Virus record (IMG/VR): IMGVR_UViG_3300036791_000703
Coordinates: 2,021 to 66,020 of that record
DNA: 64,000 nt
Strand: one strand, 5' to 3'
Origin: a virus
Taxonomy: Duplodnaviria; Caudoviricetes
In this document: positions 17,912-26,797 of the stretch, in pieces
Numbering within the stretch: the first letter of the stretch is position 1
Layout of the letters: every line of letters begins with the position of its first letter
Translations under genes and position numbers: made by a program
Notes under the pieces: generated by a model
Seen by the model: only the letters and a program-made list of their open reading frames with translations
What the model was told of the DNA's origin: nothing
Database searches by the model: none

Positions 17912-19780
17912 ATGCCACTCACCGCGAAGGGCGCCAAAATCTTGGCCGCCATGAAGAAGCAATATGGTGAGACCGAAGGTGAAAAAATATTTTACGCCTC
18001 GAAGAACGCCGGCACCATCACCGGCGTCGATCGGCTGGCGCTGCTGTTGCGAACCACCTCGCTGGCCGACGCGTGGTCTGAGCAAGCGCGCGAGGCAGCG
18101 CTCGCTGCACGTCACCACGGTCTGAGCCGCGAGGAGTCCGAAGAGGTCGGCTCGTCCTACGAAGGCGCGCTGCGAACCAACCGGCGCCGCGAGCGCGAGG
18201 CGCGGAAGAACTGGCGCGAAATCGCGAACGAGGTCGAGCGGCTACGCAAAAAGAAGCGTCACGACGCCATCGTCGGCGACGACACCTACAATCCCGAAAC
18301 CGGCGAGATCGAATACGTGAGCAGCCGCCGCACGGGTGGCACCGTGGTCGAGCGCGATCCGTTTGGGCGGGAGGTCTCGTCCTTCGAAAAGAGTAAGCGC
18401 AAAACCGTCCGGCGTGATCCGTTCGGCCGCGAGATCGCGACCTTTGAAGAGGATCGTCAAATGTCCACCCCACTGTTCTCGATGTTGTCGAGCACGGCTC
18501 TGCCGCAGTTCAGCGTTGTCGGCGATGCCGCCCCCAAGGTCACGATGGTGCAGCTCTGTGACCACATCGAGATAGATGATGGCGCCAAGGTGTCATTCAC
18601 CACCGACGGCTTTCTCAAAGCCCAGCCGCGGATCGCGCGAACCGGGATTCAATTGTACGGCGGCGAAGAACTCGGCATCGCCGACATGGATGTGGTGCGC
18701 GTCTATCGGCCGGAGAAAGCGGTGTTCGATAACGCCACGGTCAAGAGCTACACGCACCTGCCGATGACGCTCGAACATCCGCCCGCTCCGGTGACGCCGC
18801 AGAACTGGAAGGATCACGCCACCGGCGAGACCGGTGACGAGGTGCTGCGCGACGGCGGTACCGTGCGCGTGCCGTTGATGCTGCGCGACGCCAAGGCCAT
18901 TGCGGCGTGGAAAGACGGTACCAAGAAGCAACTCAGCGTCGGCTACAGCTGCGATCTCAAATGGCAGTCTGGCGTGGTCCCGTTCGGCCAGCCGGGTGCC
19001 GGTGAGACCTACGACGCCATTCAGGAAAACATCAGGGCAAACCATCTAGCGCAGTGCGCCGCTGCGCGAGGCGGACCCATCCTCACTATCGGCGACAAAC
19101 AGGAGAACCACATGAACCTCAAGACCGTGATGGTGGATGGCATCGCCTGCGAGATGACCGACACCGCTGCCCAGCTGGTGCAGAAGACCATCGCCATGCT
19201 GAACGATCAGGTGGAGAACTTCAAAAAGAAGTCGAAGGAATCCGAGGAAGAGTGCAAGGACGCCATCGAGCACATCAAGAAGCTCGACGGCGAGATCAAG
19301 GCCAAGGACGCCGAGATCGTCGTACTCAAGAAGGGCGTCGAAGACGCTAAGCTCAAGCCCGAGCAGCTCGATGCGCTGGTGAAGGATCGCCAGATCGTGT
19401 TCGACTCAGCCCGTCGCATCCTCGGTGACGGCTACAAGTTTGAGGGCCGCACGGTCGAGCAGGTCCGCCGTGACGCCGTCGACAAGCATCTCGGCGACAC
19501 CGCCAAGGGCTGGGACGACAATCAGGTCCGTGCCGGCTTCGACAGCATTCTTTCGCTGATGCCGAAGGACGGTCGCACGATCCATCGCCCTGGCTCGATG
19601 GATCACGCGGTGTCGGCATTCTCTGGTCGTCCTGGCTGGGCGAGCGGCGCGCCGGTCGATCCGCAGGCGGTCCGCGATGCCGCCTACGCCGACAGCGTTC
19701 GCGAACTCAACGACGCGTGGAAGCCGCAGGCGACCCGTGACGCCGAGGCCGCCGTTCGCCGCGCCGCTGGCGGCTACTGA
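17912..19780 (+). CDS. DUF2213 prohead protease/scaffold with about 190-aa N-terminal extension
   Basis: GFLKAQPRIARTGIQLY, TLEHP, QLSVGYSC, IRANHLA...RGG...IGD; coiled-coil scaffold-like C-terminus. Confidence 0.9.
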   Translation: MPLTAKGAKILAAMKKQYGETEGEKIFYASKNAGTITGVDRLALLLRTTSLADAWSEQAREAALAARHHGLSREESEEVGSSYEGALRTNRRREREARKNWREIANEVERLRKKKRHDAIVGDDTYNPETGEIEYVSSRRTGGTVVERDPFGREVSSFEKSKRKTVRRDPFGREIATFEEDRQMSTPLFSMLSSTALPQFSVVGDAAPKVTMVQLCDHIEIDDGAKVSFTTDGFLKAQPRIARTGIQLYGGEELGIADMDVVRVYRPEKAVFDNATVKSYTHLPMTLEHPPAPVTPQNWKDHATGETGDEVLRDGGTVRVPLMLRDAKAIAAWKDGTKKQLSVGYSCDLKWQSGVVPFGQPGAGETYDAIQENIRANHLAQCAAARGGPILTIGDKQENHMNLKTVMVDGIACEMTDTAAQLVQKTIAMLNDQVENFKKKSKESEEECKDAIEHIKKLDGEIKAKDAEIVVLKKGVEDAKLKPEQLDALVKDRQIVFDSARRILGDGYKFEGRTVEQVRRDAVDKHLGDTAKGWDDNQVRAGFDSILSLMPKDGRTIHRPGSMDHAVSAFSGRPGWASGAPVDPQAVRDAAYADSVRELNDAWKPQATRDAEAAVRRAAGGY

Positions 19781-19835
19781 GACGGAAATCCATTTCCGTC
19801 TCACCTGATCCAAACTCTCGCGAAAGGACCTCACC

Positions 19836-20693
19836 ATGACCGTCGTCGTCCAGACGAACTATTCCCCGCAAATTCGTCCCGCGGTTGAAGGGATGATCGC
19901 GGACATGATGCCTTCTGCCATCGTCACTCGCCTGTGCGAGACGATGACCGGCATTCCGTTCGGCAAAGCGGTGTCGCAAGGCACGCAGTCCGCCAAGGGC
20001 GTGCTGCTCGGCGGCGCCAGCAAATACCAGGGCGTCACCGTCATCGACAACACCCTGTCGATCTCGCCGCTCGATCCGTATTCGAGCACGCTCAACCCGG
20101 TCGATGCCTACGGCTATCAGACCAACGTCGCGGTGATGACCCGTGGCCACCTCTGGGGCAAGGCGTGGTCGGTGATCGCGCCTAACGATCCGGTGTACTA
20201 CGACGCCGCGCTCGGCACGCTCGGCAATGCCGCGGCGGGCCAGTCGGCCAATGGTTCGATCCAGTTCTCACAGCAGCCGGCCGACGGCAACACCATCATC
20301 ATCAACGGCGTCACCATCACTTTCCACGCCTCTGGCGCGACCGGTGACGACATCAACATCGGCCCGACGCTCGGCGACACCGTTGCGGCGCTGGCGACCC
20401 ACCTCAATGGATCGGCCACCACCGGCATCAGCGCGCTGGTCTATGGCGCCTATCCGCCGTCGCCCGGTGGCTCGGCGCAGGGCTCCGGCTCGAACACGCT
20501 GACGATCTCCGAGAAGACCCCCGGCACCGCCGGTAACGCGATTGCGATCAGTGCCGCCGGCACGCCCGGCGCCACCGCCTCGGGCGCTACGCTCTCGGGC
20601 GGCACTGCGGCCTCGATCCTCATCCCCAATGCGCATTGGATTGACGCCGCGGTGTCCGGTCAGCTGGCGAAGGTCGCGCTGTTCGGCGGTTAA
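19836..20693 (+). CDS. Capsid decoration/cement protein with inserted domain
   Basis: Lies between protease and capsid genes; AVEGMIAD...IPFGKAV...VMTRGHLW...IPNAHW pattern. Confidence 0.75.
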   Translation: MTVVVQTNYSPQIRPAVEGMIADMMPSAIVTRLCETMTGIPFGKAVSQGTQSAKGVLLGGASKYQGVTVIDNTLSISPLDPYSSTLNPVDAYGYQTNVAVMTRGHLWGKAWSVIAPNDPVYYDAALGTLGNAAAGQSANGSIQFSQQPADGNTIIINGVTITFHASGATGDDINIGPTLGDTVAALATHLNGSATTGISALVYGAYPPSPGGSAQGSGSNTLTISEKTPGTAGNAIAISAAGTPGATASGATLSGGTAASILIPNAHWIDAAVSGQLAKVALFGG

Positions 20694-20767
20694 CACGCAG
20701 CATTCCATCGCTTCGTCCCCCGTTCAGGGCCGGGGGCTGAGGATCACATCGACAAGGAGATCAACCA

Positions 20768-21742
20768 ATGTTCGGTATCGGCCACAACAGCGGCATGTTT
20801 CTTCGCGACATGCCCAACGAGCAAGCCGCTCTGAGCTTTCTCGTTTCGCAAATCACTTACATCGAACCAACCGTCTACCGGATAAAATATCCAGAACTGT
20901 TTTATCGTGAGTTAGTGCCGGTAGATTCCACTGGTACTGAATGGGCTAAGAGCATCACCTTTTTCAGTATCGATCAGGTTGGTGCCGCGGATTGGTTTCA
21001 CGCCCAGGCCGCTGATATCCCGCTCGCTGATGTGACGCGTGCCAAGCACGAGGTTGCGATCGAGATGGGGGCCATCGGCTATCGTTATAATACGGAGGAG
21101 CTGGCGCAAGGGATGATGATCCCGAACTTCAGCCTTTCGACCGAGCGCGCATCAGCAGCGCGTCGTGCTTCGGAGGAGTTTCTGCATAATATCGCCATCT
21201 ACGGCAATACCCAAAAGAGCTGGCATGGTTTGATTAACAGCCCTGGTATTCCGGTTATCAATACCCCGCATACCTGGGCTTACGACATGGCGCAAGCGCC
21301 GCCGCTGGTCCAGAACCTGATGAACGATGTCAACTTCGCGCTGACCAACATCTGGCAGTCGACCTTGGGCATCGAGATGTCGGACGTGGTGCTGTTGCCG
21401 TTCTCGGCGATGAGCCAGATCGCGATGGCGCAGCTGCCTGCCACCTCGATGAACATTCTGCAGTGGATCAAGCAGAACAACATCGTCACCCAGCAGACCG
21501 GCCAGCAGATCGAAATCCGTGCGGTGCGCGGCCTCGATACCGGTGGCGTCTCGGGGAACGGCCGTATCGTCGCATACAAGCGCGATCCGGAAATCATCAA
21601 GATGCACGTGCCGATGCCGCATCGCTTCCTGCCAGTGTGGCAGCGCGGGCCGCTCGTCTATGACGTGCCCGGCATCTTTAGAGTCGGCGGCCTCGAAATC
21701 CGTCGGCCGGCGACCATGCGCTACGTCGACGGCGTGTGCTGA
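20768..21742 (+). CDS. Major capsid protein (DUF2184, HK97 fold)
   Basis: SQITYIEPTVYRIKYPEL, DIPLAD, GYRYNTEEL, GLINSP, GGLEIRRP; AAGGAG RBS. Confidence 0.9.
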   Translation: MFGIGHNSGMFLRDMPNEQAALSFLVSQITYIEPTVYRIKYPELFYRELVPVDSTGTEWAKSITFFSIDQVGAADWFHAQAADIPLADVTRAKHEVAIEMGAIGYRYNTEELAQGMMIPNFSLSTERASAARRASEEFLHNIAIYGNTQKSWHGLINSPGIPVINTPHTWAYDMAQAPPLVQNLMNDVNFALTNIWQSTLGIEMSDVVLLPFSAMSQIAMAQLPATSMNILQWIKQNNIVTQQTGQQIEIRAVRGLDTGGVSGNGRIVAYKRDPEIIKMHVPMPHRFLPVWQRGPLVYDVPGIFRVGGLEIRRPATMRYVDGVC

Positions 21743-21765
21743 GCGATCGTTAGCGAGCGAACCGA

Positions 21766-21792
21766 AGGCCGCATCCCGCGGCCTATATTTTT
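21766..21792 (+). terminator. Intrinsic terminator after the capsid gene
   Basis: GGCCGC-ATCCC-GCGGCC followed by TATATTTTT. Confidence 0.6.
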
Positions 21793-21804
21793 GGGAGAAA
21801 CACC

Positions 21805-22296
21805 ATGCAAGAAGGTCCGGTCGACCTCGACGCGTTGGTGGCCAAGAACCGGCCGCCATCGGCATCCGAGATGATCATTGCCCCCAAGCTCGATCAGCCT
21901 CGGGTGCCGCCCCTTACGCCGCAGGTGATCGTGGTCGCCGACAGCAATCGGCTCAACAAGCCGTCGCAGCGCGTCACCGTGCTCAACACCTCGCGGGCGA
22001 CCAACCACATCGTCATCGATCGCTTCATGCACGGCCACGAGCTGCGGCCGGGCGAGATGAAAGAGATCGAGATGGTGGCCGACGAGATCGAGGCGTTCCG
22101 CTTGCTGGGGCGTGAGAACCGCGGCATCTATACGTCCGGCCACTTGGTCGGGCAGCCGCTGCCACCCCATCCGTTGCGCTTTCTCGACCTCCCGAACCTG
22201 CCGTCGGCGCGACAGGACGATGGTGGCGGCGGCGACGGCCATCCGGTCCCCGAGCCGCTCAAGCCCGGCGAGAAGCCGTTCAGGAAGGGCGCGTGA
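21805..22296 (+). CDS. Hypothetical head-region protein
   Basis: GGGAG RBS; position directly after the capsid gene. Confidence 0.7.
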   Translation: MQEGPVDLDALVAKNRPPSASEMIIAPKLDQPRVPPLTPQVIVVADSNRLNKPSQRVTVLNTSRATNHIVIDRFMHGHELRPGEMKEIEMVADEIEAFRLLGRENRGIYTSGHLVGQPLPPHPLRFLDLPNLPSARQDDGGGGDGHPVPEPLKPGEKPFRKGA

Positions 22297-22297
22297 G

Positions 22298-22723
22298 ATG
22301 GGCGCGTCGGCTGCTGACATTGCTCAGTTCAAATCGCAGTTCAAAGAATTCAGCAGTGTTGGCGACGCCCAGATCGCTGCCGCCTATAACGTCACCGATG
22401 TCATCATGGACAGTAGCGTGTGGCCGAGCGCGCGCGATTTCGCGATGGCGCGTCTCCAACTCACCGCTCACATGCTGGCGATGGCGATCCAGGGCACAAT
22501 GTTTGCGGCATCTGGCATCGGCGGCGGTGTGCTCGGCCTCTACATGTCGTCGATCCGGTTCGGCGAGCGCGATGTCAGCTTCGGCACCCGCCCGACCCTC
22601 GGCGTCGCCGGCTCGGCGGTCGGGACGCTAGATGTCGGCGAACTCAATCTGGTCGACACGATGTACGGCCAAACTTATTTACTCTTGCGGAATAGAAATG
22701 TGATACCTGTCGCAATAGTTTGA
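22298..22723 (+). CDS. Head-tail adaptor (DUF4054-like)
   Basis: FKSQFKEFS...LTAHML...S.SF...TMYGQTYLLLR pattern and position. Confidence 0.8.
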   Translation: MGASAADIAQFKSQFKEFSSVGDAQIAAAYNVTDVIMDSSVWPSARDFAMARLQLTAHMLAMAIQGTMFAASGIGGGVLGLYMSSIRFGERDVSFGTRPTLGVAGSAVGTLDVGELNLVDTMYGQTYLLLRNRNVIPVAIV

Positions 22724-22734
22724 TGCGATGAGGT

Positions 22735-23019
22735 GTGGCAATGGGTGAGTGGATCGATTTTCCAGTTGGGTTTTATGTTTACGAGATCGCGGTTGACGGT
22801 GTTGTCAGGTACATCGGCAAGGGCAAGAACGGCCGCGTCTTCGATCATCTGCGTGAAACGATCAATCAGGCTTATGCCGGTGGGGCACGTGTGCAGTACC
22901 GCATCGTGCAGGATGGGATGACTGAAGATGAGGCTTTACGCGAAGAGCGTCGACAGATCGCTATCGTGGGCTACGAGCAGTTTTGGAATACTCAGCCTGA
23001 CCCCATTTCGAATGAGTAG
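22735..23019 (+). CDS. Minimal GIY-YIG nuclease-like protein
   Basis: FYVY...RYIGKGKNGRVFDH...EALREERRQI...WN; atypical codon usage. Confidence 0.75.
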   Translation: MAMGEWIDFPVGFYVYEIAVDGVVRYIGKGKNGRVFDHLRETINQAYAGGARVQYRIVQDGMTEDEALREERRQIAIVGYEQFWNTQPDPISNE

Positions 23020-23022
23020 AGT

Positions 23023-23457
23023 ATGACCGCGATCCCTCCGATCTGGCGCGCGCTGCAGACCTATGTCGACACCATCGACGACAACATGTTCGGCGAGCGC
23101 GTGCAGCTGATCCCATGGATGGGCGGCCAGCGCGTCACCGACACCGGCAGCCAGGACCCGACGCGCTCGGTGCTCAACACCATCGGCATCTACGTGACGC
23201 CGGGTGCGCGAGCCGGCGGCGAAGGCGGCACAGTTGCCAGCGGTTTGGCCACCAACATCCAGACCTCGCGCGAATGGGTGTCGATCCAAGAGAACAATCT
23301 CGGCGATCCCAGCCTGTGGAAAATGTACGACCGCGTCTTCCTCCCCGACCAGCTGCCGAATCAGCAGTGGCACTCGATCCAGCAAATCGATCCGTCGGCC
23401 ACCAAGCGCTACAACGTGCTGCTGATCCGCCTGCAGGACACCACGCCACTCACCTGA
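23023..23457 (+). CDS. Putative head-closure/neck protein
   Basis: Position; DDNMFGERV start and beta-rich body. Confidence 0.55.
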   Translation: MTAIPPIWRALQTYVDTIDDNMFGERVQLIPWMGGQRVTDTGSQDPTRSVLNTIGIYVTPGARAGGEGGTVASGLATNIQTSREWVSIQENNLGDPSLWKMYDRVFLPDQLPNQQWHSIQQIDPSATKRYNVLLIRLQDTTPLT

Positions 23458-23467
23458 AAGGGCTGCC

Positions 23468-24436
23468 ATGTCATTGCTGCGGCCGATCCTGCGTGCCACT
23501 GCGGTCGCAGCGCTGCGCGACCGCACCTGGGCCGCCGGCCGTGTCTACGACAGCGATCTCACGCCGCTGGCGACAGCCGTCTACGGCGGTCCGCCATCGC
23601 CGTACATCGTGGTCTACAGCGATCTGGACGATCTCAATCCGGTCGACAACATCGCCAAGGTCTACGCCAGCGACAATCGCACGCTCTCCATCGCGATCGA
23701 GATCGGCATCGCTTCGGCGATCCGCAGCCCGACCACCAACAACCTGATCATCCAGTTCGCGGCGACCGACTCAGGGATGGAATTGGCGTGCGATGTGGTG
23801 ACCGCGCAGGCGATCGGCGCGCTGATCGGCGATCCGCAGTCGCAATGGGGCGAGCTGTTCAAGCGCATGGTCACCAAGGTGCGCCGCATCCCGTCGCGGC
23901 GCGGCGGCATGAGTCAGCAGGGCGTGCGCTTCGCGGCGCGGCGCGTGGTGCTGCAGGTCCAGCCGCTATGGGACTTCATCCCGGGGCAGCGTCCGCCGGA
24001 CAAGCATCCGGTGTGGGACTTCATCGCGCTGGCGCGTGCCAACCCTGAAGACAACGTGATCGATATCGCCGGCATCGTCGAAGGGCTGATCAACATTCAA
24101 TCGTCATCTAACTGGCGGATCGCGCAGGCGCAGCTCGGGCTTACCCAGGAGGGCATCGAAGCCCTTCAGGTGCCGGGTACGCCGCTGCCTGATCCGTTCG
24201 TCGAGGATGACGAGATCGACCTGCCGGTGCCGGTTCTGGGCGAGGTCACGGTTGCCGACACCGAGCCCGGCGGCATGGAGACCACCATCAGCTCGCTCGA
24301 CTTCCCGACCGTGTCGGTTGGTTCTCCCGAGATCGATGTGCCGATATTGGGCGTGGTCAGCACGAGCGGGAAGATCACGGTGGCAGCCTCGCCGGTGCCC
24401 GCACCCAAGCCGCATATGCCGCCCAGCCGTTGGTAA
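23468..24436 (+). CDS. Putative tail terminator/neck protein with C-terminal VGSP extension
   Basis: ALRDRTWAAGRVYDS...PYIVVY pattern and position. Confidence 0.55.
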   Translation: MSLLRPILRATAVAALRDRTWAAGRVYDSDLTPLATAVYGGPPSPYIVVYSDLDDLNPVDNIAKVYASDNRTLSIAIEIGIASAIRSPTTNNLIIQFAATDSGMELACDVVTAQAIGALIGDPQSQWGELFKRMVTKVRRIPSRRGGMSQQGVRFAARRVVLQVQPLWDFIPGQRPPDKHPVWDFIALARANPEDNVIDIAGIVEGLINIQSSSNWRIAQAQLGLTQEGIEALQVPGTPLPDPFVEDDEIDLPVPVLGEVTVADTEPGGMETTISSLDFPTVSVGSPEIDVPILGVVSTSGKITVAASPVPAPKPHMPPSRW

Positions 24437-24457
24437 CCCAGAACGTGGAGACAGGTC

Positions 24458-24673
24458 ATGGCCGAACTCGCGGTTTCTGTGCTGTGGTTTCTCGTCGGTG
24501 TCGTCATTTTCTGCGGCATCGTGTGGATTGCGCTCTATGTGCTCAAGATGTTCGTGCCGACGCTGCCGCCGCGGTTCGAGCAGGTGGTGTGGGTCTTGGT
24601 GCTGCTGTTGATCCTGATCTACCTGATATCGATCTTCGCAGGCGGTGGTGGGGCGATCCGTCTCCCGCGGTGA
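24458..24673 (+). CDS. Two-TM small membrane protein (holin-like candidate)
   Basis: Two hydrophobic helices separated by VPTLPPRF. Confidence 0.7.
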   Translation: MAELAVSVLWFLVGVVIFCGIVWIALYVLKMFVPTLPPRFEQVVWVLVLLLILIYLISIFAGGGGAIRLPR

Positions 24674-24679
24674 TGCGGG

Positions 24680-25300
24680 ATGCTCAACGTCTCGATCGAC
24701 ACCAATGAGCTGCTGAAATGGGCGCGTTACATGAACAACGTGCCCAAGCGCACCGGCGCCGCGATCTCGCGCGCGCTCAACACTGTCGGCGAGAATGTCC
24801 TGCAGGCGCGGATCAACGGCATTGCCGAGGCCACCGGCTTCGAGCATGACGAGATCGCAGCTGCGATCGAGGTCAAGAAGGCGACCCCCAACGACCTGAC
24901 GTGGTCGATGGACGCCTCGAAGCTCTCGATCGACAGTAAGTTCTCGCGGCCGTGGCAGACCCGCGGCGATCCCGACAGCGACAACTTCGACGATCGCACG
25001 CTGGTCAAGGTGGTGACATCCGGCGACGAGTACGTGTGCGACAAGTGCAACAATGTCGCCGACCATTCGCCCTACACCATGCAGGAAATACGGAACATGA
25101 ATCCGTACGGCATGGACTTCGGGTCGGGGACCAACCTCGTGCATCCGAACTGCCGTTGCATCACCCAGGCGTGGCAAGCGACGCGCATGCTGCCGGTGTC
25201 GTTCGACGGCAAGCAGGCGCCGGCCGAGCTGTTCACCATGCGCCAGCTCGGCGACGCGATTGCCGGCGAACTCAAGGTCGAGATGAAGGCGACCGACTGA
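24680..25300 (+). CDS. Minor tail/completion protein (lambda gpZ-like) with internal MuF-type Cys/His motif
   Basis: N-terminal AISRALN helix; TSGDEYVCDKC...VHPNCRC. Confidence 0.65.
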   Translation: MLNVSIDTNELLKWARYMNNVPKRTGAAISRALNTVGENVLQARINGIAEATGFEHDEIAAAIEVKKATPNDLTWSMDASKLSIDSKFSRPWQTRGDPDSDNFDDRTLVKVVTSGDEYVCDKCNNVADHSPYTMQEIRNMNPYGMDFGSGTNLVHPNCRCITQAWQATRMLPVSFDGKQAPAELFTMRQLGDAIAGELKVEMKATD

Positions 25301-25319
25301 GCGAATATAGGAGAAGACC

Positions 25320-25949
25320 GTGGCCGTAGACCCAATGCAGAAGCTGCTCTTTCAGGTGGCCGAACATCGTCGCCAGACCGCGCACAGCGACCGCGTCGGT
25401 ACCGTCACCGAGGTCCAGGGCAACAAGATGAAGGTGCAGATTGGCATCAAGAAGGACGGCACGCCCTGGCTCAGCCCATGGATACACACCACCGATCATC
25501 GCGGTGGCGAGCGTCAGAAGGAGGTCTACGCGGTCGGTCAGAACGTGCGGGTGAGTGCGACCGGCGCTGACTTCCGGCAGGCGACGATCTCGCCCTATGC
25601 CCCGAACAAGCAGCACGCGCAGCCGGATCACGCGGGCTCGGCCGGCGACGGCGCCCACACGTGGCAGAACGGCAATTCGACGCTCACCAAGAACGACGGC
25701 TCGCACAACCTCATGCAGGGCGACGGCAGCGATCCCGATGTCAATGCCCGCACCTCGACTGACGGTGGCTTCACCGGCTTCGTTAAGGCCGGTGGCGCTC
25801 ACAATCGGGTGCAGACCCACAAGGACGGCGTCTGCATCTCGTGGAAGGACGACGAGAACACCATTCACGTCGACAAGGACGGGTGCTGGTGTTCGAAGCC
25901 GCTGCAGATCAAAAAGCCGGAATGGAAAGCCGACAACAAATCCAAATGA
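25320..25949 (+). CDS. Baseplate spike (P2 gpV-like)
   Basis: GTVTEV...SPWI...VGQNV OB-fold motif followed by a beta-strand tail. Confidence 0.85.
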   Translation: MAVDPMQKLLFQVAEHRRQTAHSDRVGTVTEVQGNKMKVQIGIKKDGTPWLSPWIHTTDHRGGERQKEVYAVGQNVRVSATGADFRQATISPYAPNKQHAQPDHAGSAGDGAHTWQNGNSTLTKNDGSHNLMQGDGSDPDVNARTSTDGGFTGFVKAGGAHNRVQTHKDGVCISWKDDENTIHVDKDGCWCSKPLQIKKPEWKADNKSK

Positions 25950-25964
25950 GCGAAGGAGATCGCG

Positions 25965-26189
25965 ATGCCCAAGTCGACCCGACATCACAACATGGCGCGC
26001 AAGGCAGCGATGAATGCGCCGGAGAAGAAGCCCTACCTGATCACCGATCCGTCGCACATCCCCGACCTGCGTGGTGAGTTTGCCGGCGCCAAGGTCAAGC
26101 GCCAGGGCGCTCAGCAGATCGTGTATCTCACGCCGGCACAGGCGAAGTTCTACAGCGATCAGGGCGCGCTGAGGCCGCTCGCGTCATGA
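25965..26189 (+). CDS. Small baseplate-region protein
   Basis: AAGGAG RBS; between gpV and gpW; shares a module with the N-termini of 6404 and 12348. Confidence 0.75.
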   Translation: MPKSTRHHNMARKAAMNAPEKKPYLITDPSHIPDLRGEFAGAKVKRQGAQQIVYLTPAQAKFYSDQGALRPLAS

Positions 26190-26782
26190 CCAACGGCGTC
26201 AATGCCATCGGCGTAACCTCCGACACCAAGGCGGCGAGCGGGGTCGACTATCCGGTCGTCGACAATGACTTCTATCGCTCGGTGAATGCGATCTGGCCAG
26301 ACCTGCTCAATCAGTCGGCGCAGATATCGCCGCCGCGCAACGGCATGAACCGCTTCACCGGCAAGCTGATGCAGGGCTGGCCGCACGTCGAGCAGTCGAT
26401 GGAGTTGATCTTCGCGACGCCGTATCACGAACGGGTGCTGCGCCGTTGGGTCGGGAGCTTCGTGCCGATGCTGCTCGGCGAGAACTTTGTCGATCGCGTC
26501 ATCATGCGGTTCTATTGGGCGATCGTCACCGGCATCGATCTGTGGGAGCCGAACTACCGCATCCGCCAAGTCTACTTCATGGGCGACGCGCTGCTCGGCT
26601 GGTCGCCGCTGCCGACCACGTCGGCGGCGCAGATGATCCGGCTCGGGCAGGCGATCTTCAGGAACGAGGGTGTCTATCGCCCGCGCGGTCATCTCGGTGA
26701 CTTCAGCCCGGCCGAGTCCAAGAACTCCGCGATCACCGGCAAGGGCGACGGGATGTGGGATGTAGTTTCGACGCCTGGATAA
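26186..26782 (+). CDS. Baseplate wedge (gpW/gp25-like)
   Basis: GMNRFTGK...HVEQS..LIFATP...RVLRR..GS..P...WEP...YRPRGH. Confidence 0.9.
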   Translation: MTNGVNAIGVTSDTKAASGVDYPVVDNDFYRSVNAIWPDLLNQSAQISPPRNGMNRFTGKLMQGWPHVEQSMELIFATPYHERVLRRWVGSFVPMLLGENFVDRVIMRFYWAIVTGIDLWEPNYRIRQVYFMGDALLGWSPLPTTSAAQMIRLGQAIFRNEGVYRPRGHLGDFSPAESKNSAITGKGDGMWDVVSTPG

Positions 26783-26797
26783 TGCCGACGCGGGGAG

